A stretch of DNA of 63,918 nt, filler included, from Thraustochytrium aureum (Eukaryota), in assembly GCA_012862495.1 (NCBI GenBank). It is 7 parts of 4 records of this genome, joined end to end, with 100 filler letters (N's around TTAATTAATTAA, not from the genome) between each part and the next. Parts side by side here need not be neighbours in the genome. Positions count along the whole stretch, not along the records: positions 32,996 to 44,475 come from BLSG01000337.1; positions 44,576 to 55,858 come from BLSG01000337.1; 5 more parts are not named here. One strand, written 5' to 3'. Position 1 is the stretch's first letter. Each line of letters starts with the position of its first letter. Shown piece after piece: positions 34,408 to 44,577 of this stretch. The translations under genes were made by a program, and so were the position numbers. The notes beneath the pieces were generated by a model. It was not told where the DNA came from and searched no databases. It saw only the letters and a list, made by a program, of their open reading frames with translations.

Positions 34408-35448
34408 GCCTACATGGACAAGGCCAAGCGCTACCTTCCTGACGTCGCGGACGAAAAAGCAGACCTCGACAAATCAGACGACGAGGACGACCTGGACGAA
34501 GAAGGCGGCTGGTTCGCCTCGTCCAAGATTGGCAGCTTCTTCGCCAGCCTCGCCGGCCAAAAGCCGCTCACGCGCGAGGAGCTCGCGCCCGCCGTGGAGG
34601 ACATGGAGAAAACCTTGCTCGCCAAAAACGTTTCCACTGACGCCGCGCACGAAATCGCCGAGGCAGTGGCGCAAGACCTCGAGGGTAAAAAGCTTGGCAG
34701 CTTCACGAAAGGCATCGCGCAGGCGGTGCGCGAGTCGTGCCACGCTGCGCTTCAGCGGCTGCTAACGCCCAAGCGCTCGATCGACATCCTTCGCGACGTC
34801 AAGGCGGCGCGCGCTGCTGGCCGGCCGTACACGATCGCCTTCATCGGCGTCAACGGCGTCGGCAAGTCAACGAGCCTCTCCAAGGTTTGCTACTACCTCA
34901 AGAGCAACGGATTCAAGGTGCTCTTGTGCGCCTGCGACACGTTCAGGTCTGGCGCCGTCGAGCAGCTCAAGGTGCACAGCCGCAACCTCGGCGTGAGCCT
35001 GTTCGAGCAAGGGTACAACAAGGACGCCGCGAGCGTGGCAATGAACGGGGTCAGGCACGCCGCCGACAACGGCTTTGACGTCGTGCTGATCGACACGGCC
35101 GGCAGGATGCAAAACAACGAGCCGCTCATGCGCGCGCTCACCAAGCTGATCACGAAAAACAACCCGGACCTCGTGCTCTTCGTGGGCGAGGCGCTTGCCG
35201 GCAACGACGGCCGCGACCAGCTCGTGCACTTTGACAAGGCCCTCGTGGACTTTAGCGACGCGCCAGACCCGCGCAAGATCGACGGCATGATTCTCACAAA
35301 GTTTGACACGATCGACGACAAGGTCGGCGCCGCCGTGTCGATGGTGCACAGCACAGGCCAGCCCATCATCTTTGTTGGGACGGGCCAAAAGTACACCAAT
35401 CTCAACAAGCTCAACGTGTCCAAGGTGGTCAAGGCGCTGCTCAATTAG
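34408..35448 (+). CDS. SRPRA: Signal recognition particle receptor alpha subunit (NG GTPase domain; N-terminus in gap)
   Basis: GVNGVGKSTSLSKV, CDTFRSGAVEQL, DTAGRMQNNEPLM, LFVGEALAGND, LTKFDTIDDKVGAAVSM, FVGTGQKY. Confidence 0.95.
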   Translation, partial: AYMDKAKRYLPDVADEKADLDKSDDEDDLDEEGGWFASSKIGSFFASLAGQKPLTREELAPAVEDMEKTLLAKNVSTDAAHEIAEAVAQDLEGKKLGSFTKGIAQAVRESCHAALQRLLTPKRSIDILRDVKAARAAGRPYTIAFIGVNGVGKSTSLSKVCYYLKSNGFKVLLCACDTFRSGAVEQLKVHSRNLGVSLFEQGYNKDAASVAMNGVRHAADNGFDVVLIDTAGRMQNNEPLMRALTKLITKNNPDLVLFVGEALAGNDGRDQLVHFDKALVDFSDAPDPRKIDGMILTKFDTIDDKVGAAVSMVHSTGQPIIFVGTGQKYTNLNKLNVSKVVKALLN

Positions 35449-35699
35449 CCACGGCCCGCTTAGGTGTTAGCTTTGCTCTCGCAAGCGGCCCGTCCTTCGA
35501 TGCCCTAGACGCTCGCTCCCAACAAACCGCCGCCCCTGTTTGCGTTGTCCTTTCTGCAAGGTCGATCGATCGGCCACCTCGCCTTGCCTCTCCCTTTGCA
35601 AAGCTCGGCGACGGACAGCACGCAGCCACTCGCTCGACGAGGATCCCCAGTGATCATTCGGCCAGGAGTCCTCTGGCGCGAGTCACTTCGAAGAGCCAC

Positions 35700-36898
35700 C
35701 TACGCGCCTTCCGCCGCGGTTGAACGCACAAAGTCTACGTCAAGGGTGGAAAGGAGCATCGGGCTGACGCTACCTGGCCGAGCGGTGCGCCTGCAGGCTG
35801 CAGCGACGCTCGCCCCAGTTTTTTCCAAGCTCGCGGGATCCTGCGCGCGAGTCGCGCGCGCCGCCGTCAGAATTCCCGTGTGAGCGGAGCCAGCAAGTGC
35901 GTTGGCACCGTGCAAAACGTACCTCAAACGTGCAATAGTCTACCAGCATACAGTAAATCTGCGCGAGCTGCGCGACGTCCTCTGCACGCGCCAGCGGATC
36001 AGCACCCCCACCCCCTCGCCAGCAGATCAGCACTCCCACCACCTCGCCAGCTCTTGCCCAATGGACCGCGGAGCCAAAAACGTACCGGTTGAATAGGAAA
36101 ACTTGGCAGGTGTCTCCGCTGCCGACGGCGCCGAGCAACACCAGACCCACCGCGTTAGCCGCTTGCGCGTCGCCTCGCAGCCCTGCCAGGACCCTCGGCG
36201 CCCGAGACTCACCATTCAAAACGACCAGTATCGAACGCGCCAGCGCGAGCTCCTTGCCGACGTGCGCGGCGCTCTCGTACACGCGCTCCAGGCTGAGCTT
36301 GCTGGACATGTCGAGCATGAACACGACCAGGTCGACGCGGTGGGACAGCGGGTCTGGCAGAGGCAGTTCGTTCGCAAGCAGCCTGCGCGCAGCGCTGGCC
36401 CGTCAGACAGCCGCACGCCGAGCCTCCTCGCGTCCACCGAGGCCGCGCACTTACACGTCCAACTCCTGGCCGAGCTTGCGCGAGGCGCGCACGACNNNNN
36501 NNNNNNNNNNNNNNNNNNNNNNNNNNNNNNNNNNNNNNNNNNNNNNNNNNNNNNNNNNNNNNNNNNNNNNNNNNNNNNNNNNNNNNNNNNNNNNNNNNNN
36601 NNNNNNNNNNNNNNNNNNNNNNNNNNNNNNNNNNNNNNNNNNNNNNNNNNNNNNNNNNNNNNNNNNNNNNNNNNNNNNNNNNNNNNNNNNNNNNNNNNNN
36701 NNNNNNNNNNNNNNNNNNNNNNNNNNNNNNNNNNNNNNNNNNNNNNNNNNNNNNNNNNNNNNNNNNNNNNNNNNNNNNNNNNNNNNNNNNNNNNNNNNNN
36801 NNNNNNNNNNNNNNNNNNNNNNNCGGGGCCGCCATCCGCTGCTCTCCACTTACCAGCACGTTGAGCCGCGCCTGTGCGGGCCCGCGAAGCAGCTCCAT
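35700..36898 (-). CDS. CENPM: Centromere protein M (CENP-M)-like pseudo-GTPase, spliced (at least 6 exons)
   Basis: Exons 36898-36854, (gap)-36455, 36382-36213, 36118-36086, 35981-35923 and 35840-35700, separated by GT..AG introns with CTRAY branch sites; the phases join into one frame. Protein MELLRGPAQARLNVL...ELDVLLANELPLPDPLSHRVDLVVFMLDMSSKLSLERVYESAAHVGKELALARSILVVLNAETPAKFSYSTEDVAQLAQIYCMLVDYCTFEDPASL...GSVSPMLLSTL resembles human CENP-M (HLAKSLPLP...RIDLIVFVVNLHSKYSL...SLRHVD, recalled). Confidence 0.78.
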
Positions 36899-37278
36899 CG
36901 TGCGCGCCGCTTGCCGAAGGCGCTGCTCTGCGCTGCCGCGGGACTGACGGCCTCGGCGGGCGCGAGGGACCGGGTCACGGCGAGAGCGGCTTTGCGGGAA
37001 TGCGGAATGACGCCGGCTGGCCGGCCGGCCCAGACCGCACCGGTGCGCCTCCGGCCTGGCGCGCTGGCTTCGGCCTGGAGGGTCGGCGTGGCTGGCTCGG
37101 CAAGACGGAGAGGCCGGGGAAATGGAGAGCCAGCAGGAACGGCACGCTGCTTGCTTGGTTTTCTTTCTTGGTCTTGGATTTGATTGAGCAAGGGAAAAAC
37201 GAACGAACGAGCAGTTAGCCGGCCTCGCCGCCGCTGCGGCTCCAAGCTGCTCCAAGGTACTTAGCCCGTCCCAGCGTG

Positions 37279-39032
37279 TCATGGCGATGCTGCGCAGTCC
37301 TCGGCGGCGAGGCGGCGACGGATTCGGACGGGCGGCAGCGCTCGAAGCTGCGCTTGCCAACGCTTACCAAACCCGCGACCGAACGGGTCGTCCTTTGTGA
37401 GCGGACGAAGAGCGTAGCGCGTGTTGAGCGTGACAAACCACCTATCCTGCGTGAGAGCGCTCGCCTTGTCTCCCGTCTTGAGAACGAGGCAGCCGTTCAG
37501 GCGCCGATTCTCGCTGGCCGGACCCTCCGACGCCTCGAAGAAACTGGCCCAATACCCAAACGAGCAAAGCTCAGAACGGGCGCTACTCAAGACGTATTTG
37601 CGCTGCTCGCTCGTAAACAGGTGCATGCTCTTGAGGGCCTGCTCGGGGAGCGGCTTCAAGCCACCTGCCAGGAGGCCATTTGGGCGGCTCTCGGTGCGCG
37701 CCAGGCCTTCGGCGGCATCGACATTGGAGGAGGAGGCCGCAGACACTGCCCCGCCACGCGGCTGGTATACGCCGAGTTTTGCGTGGCTTTCGTCGCAGGC
37801 CTGGCGGACAATGGCCGCGTACTCTGTCCCCTCAATCGAGTCGCGGTCGAGCACAAACTTTGCGATCCGCTCATATGTGTCCAGGCGGTGCCAGATCATG
37901 TCTTCATATCGGACGACCAGTACCTTGACCTTGGCGGTGAGAGCGCTGCTCATCCAGTGCGCGTGAAACTGCTTCCAAATCTCGACCTCCTCGCGCACAA
38001 AGGCGTCCCAAATTTCTGCGTACTTGATGTACTCGTCATCTTCGATAGACTCGGTGTGCGTCTCTGTCAAGACCATATTAAAGTAGGACACGATGGCGTC
38101 GAAAGGGTTGCGGACCACGACAACAGCGCGCGCGGCCTGGAACCCACGCCACCCGAGCCGCTCGGGAAAGTGCGTCTTGATTGCGAAGACGCGCTCGTCC
38201 ATCATCCCCTCGCCCATCATGCCAGCCTGGACGAGCTGGACGTTGAGGGGCCGACGAGGGTCTGCGTCGCTCCCCGTGTAGATTCCGGTTAGGCGCTCAA
38301 CCAGGCTACGGAGAAGCGAGTTTCCGCTGCGCGGGTAGCTCGCCAGTGCGACGCGCTTGGTCACATGCGCCCGCTCGTCGCCGGGCTCGAGAAATTCGAG
38401 CGCTCCGCCCCAGGGCCGCCCTGGGGCGCGCCCCTCCCGAACGTCGTCAACCTGGCGCGCCAGGGCCTCGTGGACAAGGCGCTCGTTCTCCTCGCGTTTC
38501 GCTCGCATCTCTTCCCTATTCGCAGCCGCTCGGTCCTCGCCGCTGCAATCGCCGCTGGTATCTGTATTACTTGCGGAGTCGCGTTCGCGTTGGTCCTGCC
38601 CCTCGTTGCCCCCAACGCGTCGGCGGTTGGCCAGGGGCGCAGGCGTTGGTGCCTCGTCTTCGTCCAGCTCGAGTGCAATCTGGTGTGCGATTCGCTGCTC
38701 CTCGAGCAAAAGCTCTCGCACCTGGGCATTGAGCTCCTTCACCTTTGCCAGGGCGTTAGCCCGTTCAGCTTGAATCTGCGCTACGCGCTCCTGCATCTCC
38801 CTGACGGCGACCTCGCGCAGCTCGTCGTCCGAGTCGACCAGGCTCTCGCTCTCGTCCCCCAGCTCCTCCTCGCCGTCAGACAGGCCTGCGCCCGGTCGCC
38901 TTGCGTCCGTACCAGCACGCCCCGCACCACCCGTGCACGCATCCGCGCCAGCTGAAGCGTGGCGTCTCGTCTTGCACGGCTGACGGTCTCGTCGAGCTCG
39001 ACGTCCATGCCGTCGTCCATCGTGTCCGCCAT
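37279..39032 (-). CDS. Sulfotransferase-domain protein (WSCD-like P-loop) with acidic/coiled-coil N-terminus
   Basis: 5'-PSB loop VALASYPRSGNSLLRSLVERLTGIYTGS, IKTH, 3'-PB VVVRNPFDAIVSY, VRYEDM. The likely ATG at 39032 (MADTMDDG) is in another frame and needs an intron or indel near 38885-38980. Confidence 0.78.
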
Positions 39033-39808
39033 GCTCGCCCGCCGCCGCACGCACCAGCACAAGAACGGGTCGGTCCACAGGACCTGGGCAACGCCCCCGA
39101 TGCGCGACTCGCTGACCGAGCTGTCGAGCCGGCTGCCCGGCAGGCCCGCTCGAGCGGCTTCCAGCCCAATGGCTTGCCCGCAGGGCNNNNNNNNNNNNNN
39201 NNNNNNNNNNNNNNNNNNNNNNNNNNNNNNNNNNNNNNNNNNNNNNNNNNNNNNNNNNNNNNNNNNNNNNNNNNNNNNNNNNNNNNNNNNNNNNNNNNNN
39301 NNNNNNNNNNNNNNNNNNNNNNNNNNNNNNNNNNNNNNNNNNNNNNNNNNNNNNNNNNNNNNNNNNNNNNNNNNNNNNNNNNNNNNNNNNNNNNNNNNNN
39401 NNNNNNNNNNNNNNNNNNNNNNNNNNNNNNNNNNNNNNNNNNNNNNNNNNNNNNNNNNNNNNNNNNNNNNNNNNNNNNNNNNNNNNNNNNNNNNNNNNNN
39501 NNNNNNNNNNNNNNNNNNNNNNNNNNNNNNNNNNNNNNNNNNNNNNNNNNNNNNNNNNNNNNNNNNNNNNNNNNNNNNNNNNNNNNNNNNNNNNNNNNNN
39601 NNNNNNNNNNNNNNNNNNNNNNNNNNNNNNNNNNNNNNNNNNNNNNNNNNNNNNNNNNNNNNNNNNNNNNNNNNNNNNNNNNNNNNNNNNNNNNNNNNNN
39701 NNNNNNNNNNNNNNNNNNNNNNNNNNNNNNNNNNNNNNNNNNNNNNNNNNNNNNNNNNNNNNNNNNNNNNNNNNNNNNNNNNAACGCGGCAAGGCGCGAA
39801 GGGCGAGA

Positions 39809-40873
39809 ATGGCCCCGAAGGCGCCCGTGGTTGCGCTCGGCATCGAAGGCTCAGCGAACAAAGTTGGCGTCGGGATCGTGCGGTATAATGGCGGCGGCGG
39901 GTGGGCGGGCGACGCAGGCGAGTTTGAGATTCTCGCCAACCCGCGCAAGACCTTCATCACGCCCCCCGGCGAGGGCTTCCTGCCGAGGGATACAGCCAGG
40001 CACCACAAGGCGCACGTGATCGCGCTCGTGCGGTGCGCCCTGGAGGAGGCTGGGCTCAAGCCCGAGGACATTGACTGCGTCTGCTTTACGCAAGGCCCGG
40101 GGATGGGCGGGCCACTCACCGTCTGCGCGACCTGCGCGAGGACGCTTGCGCTGCTCTGGAACAAGCCGCTGGTTGGCGTCAACCACTGCGTGGCACACAT
40201 TGAGATGGGTCGCGCGCTGACGGGGGCGCGCAACCCCGTGGTTCTCTACGTGTCGGGCGGCAACTCGCAGATCATCGCCTACTCGGAGAAGAAGTATCGC
40301 ATCTTTGGCGAGACCATCGACGTTGCCGTGGGCAACTGCCTCGACAAGTTTGCGCGCGTGATCAACCTCAGCAACGACCCGAGCCCCGGCTACAACATCG
40401 AGCAGTGCGCCAAGGACGGCAAGCAGCTCGTCGACCTCCCGTACAGCGTCAAGGGCATGGACTTTAGCTTTACGGGCCTGCTCACGCAGGTCTCCAAGGT
40501 GGCGCGCACCGACCTCGCCGCCGGCAAGGTGACCAAGGCCGACCTGTGCTTTTCCCTGCAGGAAACCGCATTCGCGATGCTCGTCGAGGCCACCGAGCGG
40601 GCCATGGCGCACGTGCGCGCCAACGAGGTGCTGGTTGTGGGCGGCGTCGGATGCAACAAGCGCCTACAAGACATGATGACGGCCATGGTGTCCGACAGGC
40701 AAGGCGGCAAGGTTTTCGACATGGACTTTCGCTACTGCATCGACAATGGGGCCATGATTGCGCAAGCGGGCATCCTCCAGTTCATGGCAGGCGAGACCAC
40801 GCCGCTCGAGGAGACGCAGTGCACGCAGCGCTTCCGCACGGACCAAGTGACTACCACGTGGCGCGACGACTGA
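39809..40873 (+). CDS. OSGEP: tRNA N6-adenosine threonylcarbamoyltransferase (Kae1/OSGEP, KEOPS)
   Basis: [75 protein letters not shown]; complete 354-aa ORF. Confidence 0.97.
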   Translation: MAPKAPVVALGIEGSANKVGVGIVRYNGGGGWAGDAGEFEILANPRKTFITPPGEGFLPRDTARHHKAHVIALVRCALEEAGLKPEDIDCVCFTQGPGMGGPLTVCATCARTLALLWNKPLVGVNHCVAHIEMGRALTGARNPVVLYVSGGNSQIIAYSEKKYRIFGETIDVAVGNCLDKFARVINLSNDPSPGYNIEQCAKDGKQLVDLPYSVKGMDFSFTGLLTQVSKVARTDLAAGKVTKADLCFSLQETAFAMLVEATERAMAHVRANEVLVVGGVGCNKRLQDMMTAMVSDRQGGKVFDMDFRYCIDNGAMIAQAGILQFMAGETTPLEETQCTQRFRTDQVTTTWRDD

Positions 40874-40939
40874 CTGTGTGGCGCGAAAAACAAAACCAAA
40901 AACATCATCGAATTTCTATTCTAGTAGAGCTAGCACGCG

Positions 40940-41395
40940 CTACGGCGGGACAAGCGAGGCGCCCGGCCCCAGCAAGGTGCCTTGGAGGTGAGAGACCCGT
41001 CGCCGCGAGAAGACGAGCAACCCTTCCGGCCCCGTGCCCACCTCGTCCGCTTTTCCAAAGCAAGCCGAGTCGCGCGACCCGCCCCGGTCTCGTGCGTCGC
41101 TCACCCTTCGCTCAACCCGCGCGCCAGCAAACGCCAGAAGCAGTCGCCGCGCCGCTCGCACGCGCCGGCCCGGCAGCTTTTGCACTAACTCAGCGACACT
41201 TGCGATGTACTCGCGCAGGCGCGAGATGCGCTGCTCGGGCAACGTGCGGAAAAACCTGCTCGGAAACGCTGGCATAGCGAGCCCCGCCGGGGCCAGCAGC
41301 GCGTCAAGCGCCGCTGCAAGCTCTGCGAGCTCCCGGAACCGCTTTTGTGTCACGATGCACGACCGCGCCCTCAGGGCGAGGGTGTACTGCGCGAC
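40940..41395 (-). CDS. PX (phox homology) domain protein, 3' part
   Basis: QYTL...VTQKRFRELAELAAAL...MPAFPSRFF...EQRISRLREYI fits the PX pattern (RR/KRY/F..F..L, P..P, R...L..Y); 5' end in gap. Confidence 0.55.
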   Translation of the reverse strand, partial: VAQYTLALRARSCIVTQKRFRELAELAAALDALLAPAGLAMPAFPSRFFRTLPEQRISRLREYIASVAELVQKLPGRRVRAARRLLLAFAGARVERRVSDARDRGGSRDSACFGKADEVGTGPEGLLVFSRRRVSHLQGTLLGPGASLVPP

Positions 41396-42359
41396 NNNNN
41401 NNNNNNNNNNNNNNNNNNNNNNNNNNNNNNNNNNNNNNNNNNNNNNNNNNNNNNNNNNNNNNNNNNNNNNNNNNNNNNNNNNNNNNNNNNNNNNNNNNNN
41501 NNNNNNNNNNNNNNNNNNNNNNNNNNNNNNNNNNNNNNNNNNNNNNNNNNNNNNNNNNNNNNNNNNNNNNNNNNNNNNNNNNNNNNNNNNNNNNNNNNNN
41601 NNNNNNNNNNNNNNNNNNNNNNNNNNNNNNNNNNNNNNNNNNNNNNNNNNNNNNNNNNNNNNNNNNNNNNNNNNNNNNNNNNNNNNNNNNNNNNNNNNNN
41701 NNNNNNNNNNNNNNNNNNNNNNNNNNNNNNNNNNNNNNNNNNNNNNNNNNNNNNNNNNNNNNNNNNNNNNNNNNNNNNNNNNNNNNNNNNNNNNNNNNNN
41801 NNNNNNNNNNNNNNNNNNNNNNNNNNNNNNNNNNNNNNNNNNNNNNNNNNNNNNNNNNNNNNNNNNNNNNNNNNNNNNNNNNNNNNNNNNNNNNNNNNNN
41901 NNNNNNNNNNNNNNNNNNNNNNNNNNNNNNNNNNNNNNNNNNNNNNNNNNNNNNNNNNNNNNNNNNNNNNNNNNNNNNNNNNNNNNTTTTACACGTGGTA
42001 CTTTCGATTGGAGGAGCGGACTGTAACGCGTCGAAGCGCGTCGCGATGATCGCCAAGGTCGTCGCCACACCCGCCTGCTGCTCTCCTCTCCCACCAGAAA
42101 CGCCACGCCAGAGGCCAGCAGGCCAAGTGATGTATGTGGCGTGCCGCGCAACTCTGTGGTCTCTGGAATGGAGCGGAATGACGCTGAGCGGCGACAAGGT
42201 GTGCGGGCGCCCAGTGGCAACACGAGCCTCGACGGGTCGTGTTGAGGGTGGCGCGTGGCTGGTGGACGACCAACGACGCGCTGCCGCAGGATGACGCTCT
42301 CGGACACTCGTTCTGGAAAACTTTGCAGCAAGCGCTCGCGAGTATGTACTTGTTACTGC

Positions 42360-43319
42360 TTAGTTACGTGCCATTACTATTACGGCAGTGATGGCAGCAC
42401 CGACGAGTTGGAGGCCAGGGCCGCGCAGGGTGGACGCGCCAGCAACGTTGTCGTCGCCCCCCTCAACGTTGTTGCTCAACGCCGCAACGAGCTGGCAGTC
42501 GCTCGGGATCTCAAACGTGTCGGACGCTCCAACAACGGTGCTGCTCAGGTCGCCGCTAAAGCACGACACAATGTATCCCCAGTTGATCGCTGGCGAGGTC
42601 CCAGAGCAGTACGAGGCCTCGCCGTCCACCTGCGCCGTTGTTCGGACGTGGTACTGGTACTTGCCGTTTACCAAAATGCCATTGCACTGGTCCAAGACCG
42701 AGTCGTCCGCGAGCGGGCCAAAGATCTCGTAGCCGTCCAGAGCGTACCCGAGGAGCTTGGTCGACTCTGGCTGCTCCGGAAACCCGAGCTGCGGATTGTG
42801 GTAGTGGTGTTGGTTCTTCATCGTCGAGTGGCCCCACCAATAGCCCGCGTCGCCGGCGTCTGCGAAAGGCGACATCGCGTTGGACGACCCGACCTCCTGC
42901 GCGCCGAACACCGGCACGCCGTTTAAGGCAATGGCGATGATGCCGGAGGCGCTCGGCTCGGTGACGGCGGCCGCCTGAGTCGGCTGAAGAGGCATCGACA
43001 CGAGGTAGTCGAGGGCGCATGGCGAGTTCGGGTTGAGCTGCGCAACAAAGTGGTTTGGGATCCCGTTGGAAACGATGATGCGGCGCCCAGACGTTGGGCA
43101 CTCGTAGTGGGCGACGGCGTTGCGCAGGCTAAAGTCGTCCGGGTAGGTGTAGTTTGTGCGCGCCCGGAACGCCTCGCACTGCGACGCGCTTGTGGAAACG
43201 GGAATCACATAAGTGGCTTGCTTCGGGCTGCAGGTTGTGAACTGGCCAACGGCGCTGAAGAACGACAGGCTGGCCACGGCGACGCCAAAGGCCGCGTTGC
43301 TGACGCCCCACCCGGTCAT
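42360..43319 (-). CDS. Secreted, possibly GPI-anchored YHYH-domain protein
   Basis: Signal-like MTGWGVSNAAFGVAVASLSFFSAVG; SNGIPNH, IAIALNGVPVF, GHS..HHYH, LLGYALDGYEIFGP, LDQCNG..YQYHV; hydrophobic C-terminus LQLVGAAITAVIVMARN. Confidence 0.8.
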   Translation of the reverse strand: MTGWGVSNAAFGVAVASLSFFSAVGQFTTCSPKQATYVIPVSTSASQCEAFRARTNYTYPDDFSLRNAVAHYECPTSGRRIIVSNGIPNHFVAQLNPNSPCALDYLVSMPLQPTQAAAVTEPSASGIIAIALNGVPVFGAQEVGSSNAMSPFADAGDAGYWWGHSTMKNQHHYHNPQLGFPEQPESTKLLGYALDGYEIFGPLADDSVLDQCNGILVNGKYQYHVRTTAQVDGEASYCSGTSPAINWGYIVSCFSGDLSSTVVGASDTFEIPSDCQLVAALSNNVEGGDDNVAGASTLRGPGLQLVGAAITAVIVMARN

Positions 43320-43953
43320 CGTGCTGGCTTCTCCTCTGTCGTCTCCGCTCGATTCCGCCTGTCCAGGTGTTTGGCGTTGGCTCTCGCGAGTCTCCAAGGC
43401 TGCCGCGTGTTTGGGGTTTGTTTCCCAATTGCATGCAATGACCGCGACGAGCAGGTGCAGAGCACTTGCGGCCAAGGGGCTGAAGACGCATTCGCTTTCC
43501 TCCATGCCGCGACCACAGTCCTGCACAGAGAAGGCCTGCTCTACCACACTTCCGACCTGCCAACTCCTACCTACAGCAGGCCTACTCAACGTACCTACTT
43601 ACTCAACTTCGCTCTGCTGTAGGCTCGGCTCTTGCACGAGGAGTAAGTACTGCCACAACCCCGAGGCGACCCAACCGCTATCTCGAAACAGCCCCTCCTA
43701 CCTCGCGCGACAGGGAGCACGGCTCCCGTTATCTGTGGGCTCTGAGAATGATAATCGCGCTGAGGATCGTCCTCCGTGGTCGGTCGCACATCCCGTTCAG
43801 CCCACCCGCTGGACGGCGTTTCAACGCGAGGCCCGGGCTCGTGCGAGTCGCCAGGGCCTTCAGCGCTGCTTGGTTGCTGGAGCGCCAGGAGAGAGAGAGT
43901 TGACGAGCAAATTGTTTACTGTTGAATCGCGGTTTATCGCATGCAGTAGCTGC

Positions 43954-44475
43954 TTAGAGAGCTAGAGCGTGCGCCTTGCGCCTGACGTGGCGCTCGACGA
44001 GCGGCCAGCTTCTCTGCACCCAGCGGCACAGGAATGCGCGAGTCTCGTCCGGCATAATTATGTCGTGCGCAGAGAACGACTCGGCGCGAGGGAACGGGTC
44101 GAGGTTGGCTGCAAAGGCCTCCTCGAGCTCCGCCCGAAGGGCCTCTCGCTGGGCCGGGTCAGTCTCTTGCGCCAAGCGCGAGCGGAAGGCCACGGCGACC
44201 CCCGACTCGACAGGGAGCGCCCCAACCTCCGCGGTGGGCCACAGCAACGTGTATCCTTGCGGGGCAAAATGCGCCGCCGCGGCGACCCCGTAGGCCTTGC
44301 GCACGACAACACTTGCACTCGGGAGCGGAAAGGTGCTCGTAGCCAAGACGGCCTCCGTCCCGGCCCGGGCGGTTCCGGCGCGCTCCGCCTCGAGGCCAAC
44401 GAAAAACCCGGGCTCGTCCACGAAAAATACCACAGGGAGCGAAAAGGTCTGCAGCGTCTCGAGGAAGCGCCTTGT
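43954..44475 (-). CDS. Acyl-CoA carboxylase carboxyl-transferase (beta) domain, C-terminal fragment
   Basis: RRFLETLQTFSLPVVFFVDEPGFFVGLEAERAG, VVVRKAYG, WPTAEVGALPVE, HDIIMPDETR; truncated by a linker. Confidence 0.85.
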   Translation of the reverse strand, partial: TRRFLETLQTFSLPVVFFVDEPGFFVGLEAERAGTARAGTEAVLATSTFPLPSASVVVRKAYGVAAAAHFAPQGYTLLWPTAEVGALPVESGVAVAFRSRLAQETDPAQREALRAELEEAFAANLDPFPRAESFSAHDIIMPDETRAFLCRWVQRSWPLVERHVRRKAHALAL

Positions 44476-44575
44476 NNNNNNNNNNNNNNNNNNNNNNNNN
44501 NNNNNNNNNNNNNNNNNNNTTAATTAATTAANNNNNNNNNNNNNNNNNNNNNNNNNNNNNNNNNNNNNNNNNNNN
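44476..44575. other. Artificial scaffold linker
   Basis: TTAATTAATTAA at 44520-44531. Confidence 0.95.
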
Positions 44576-44577
44576 TC

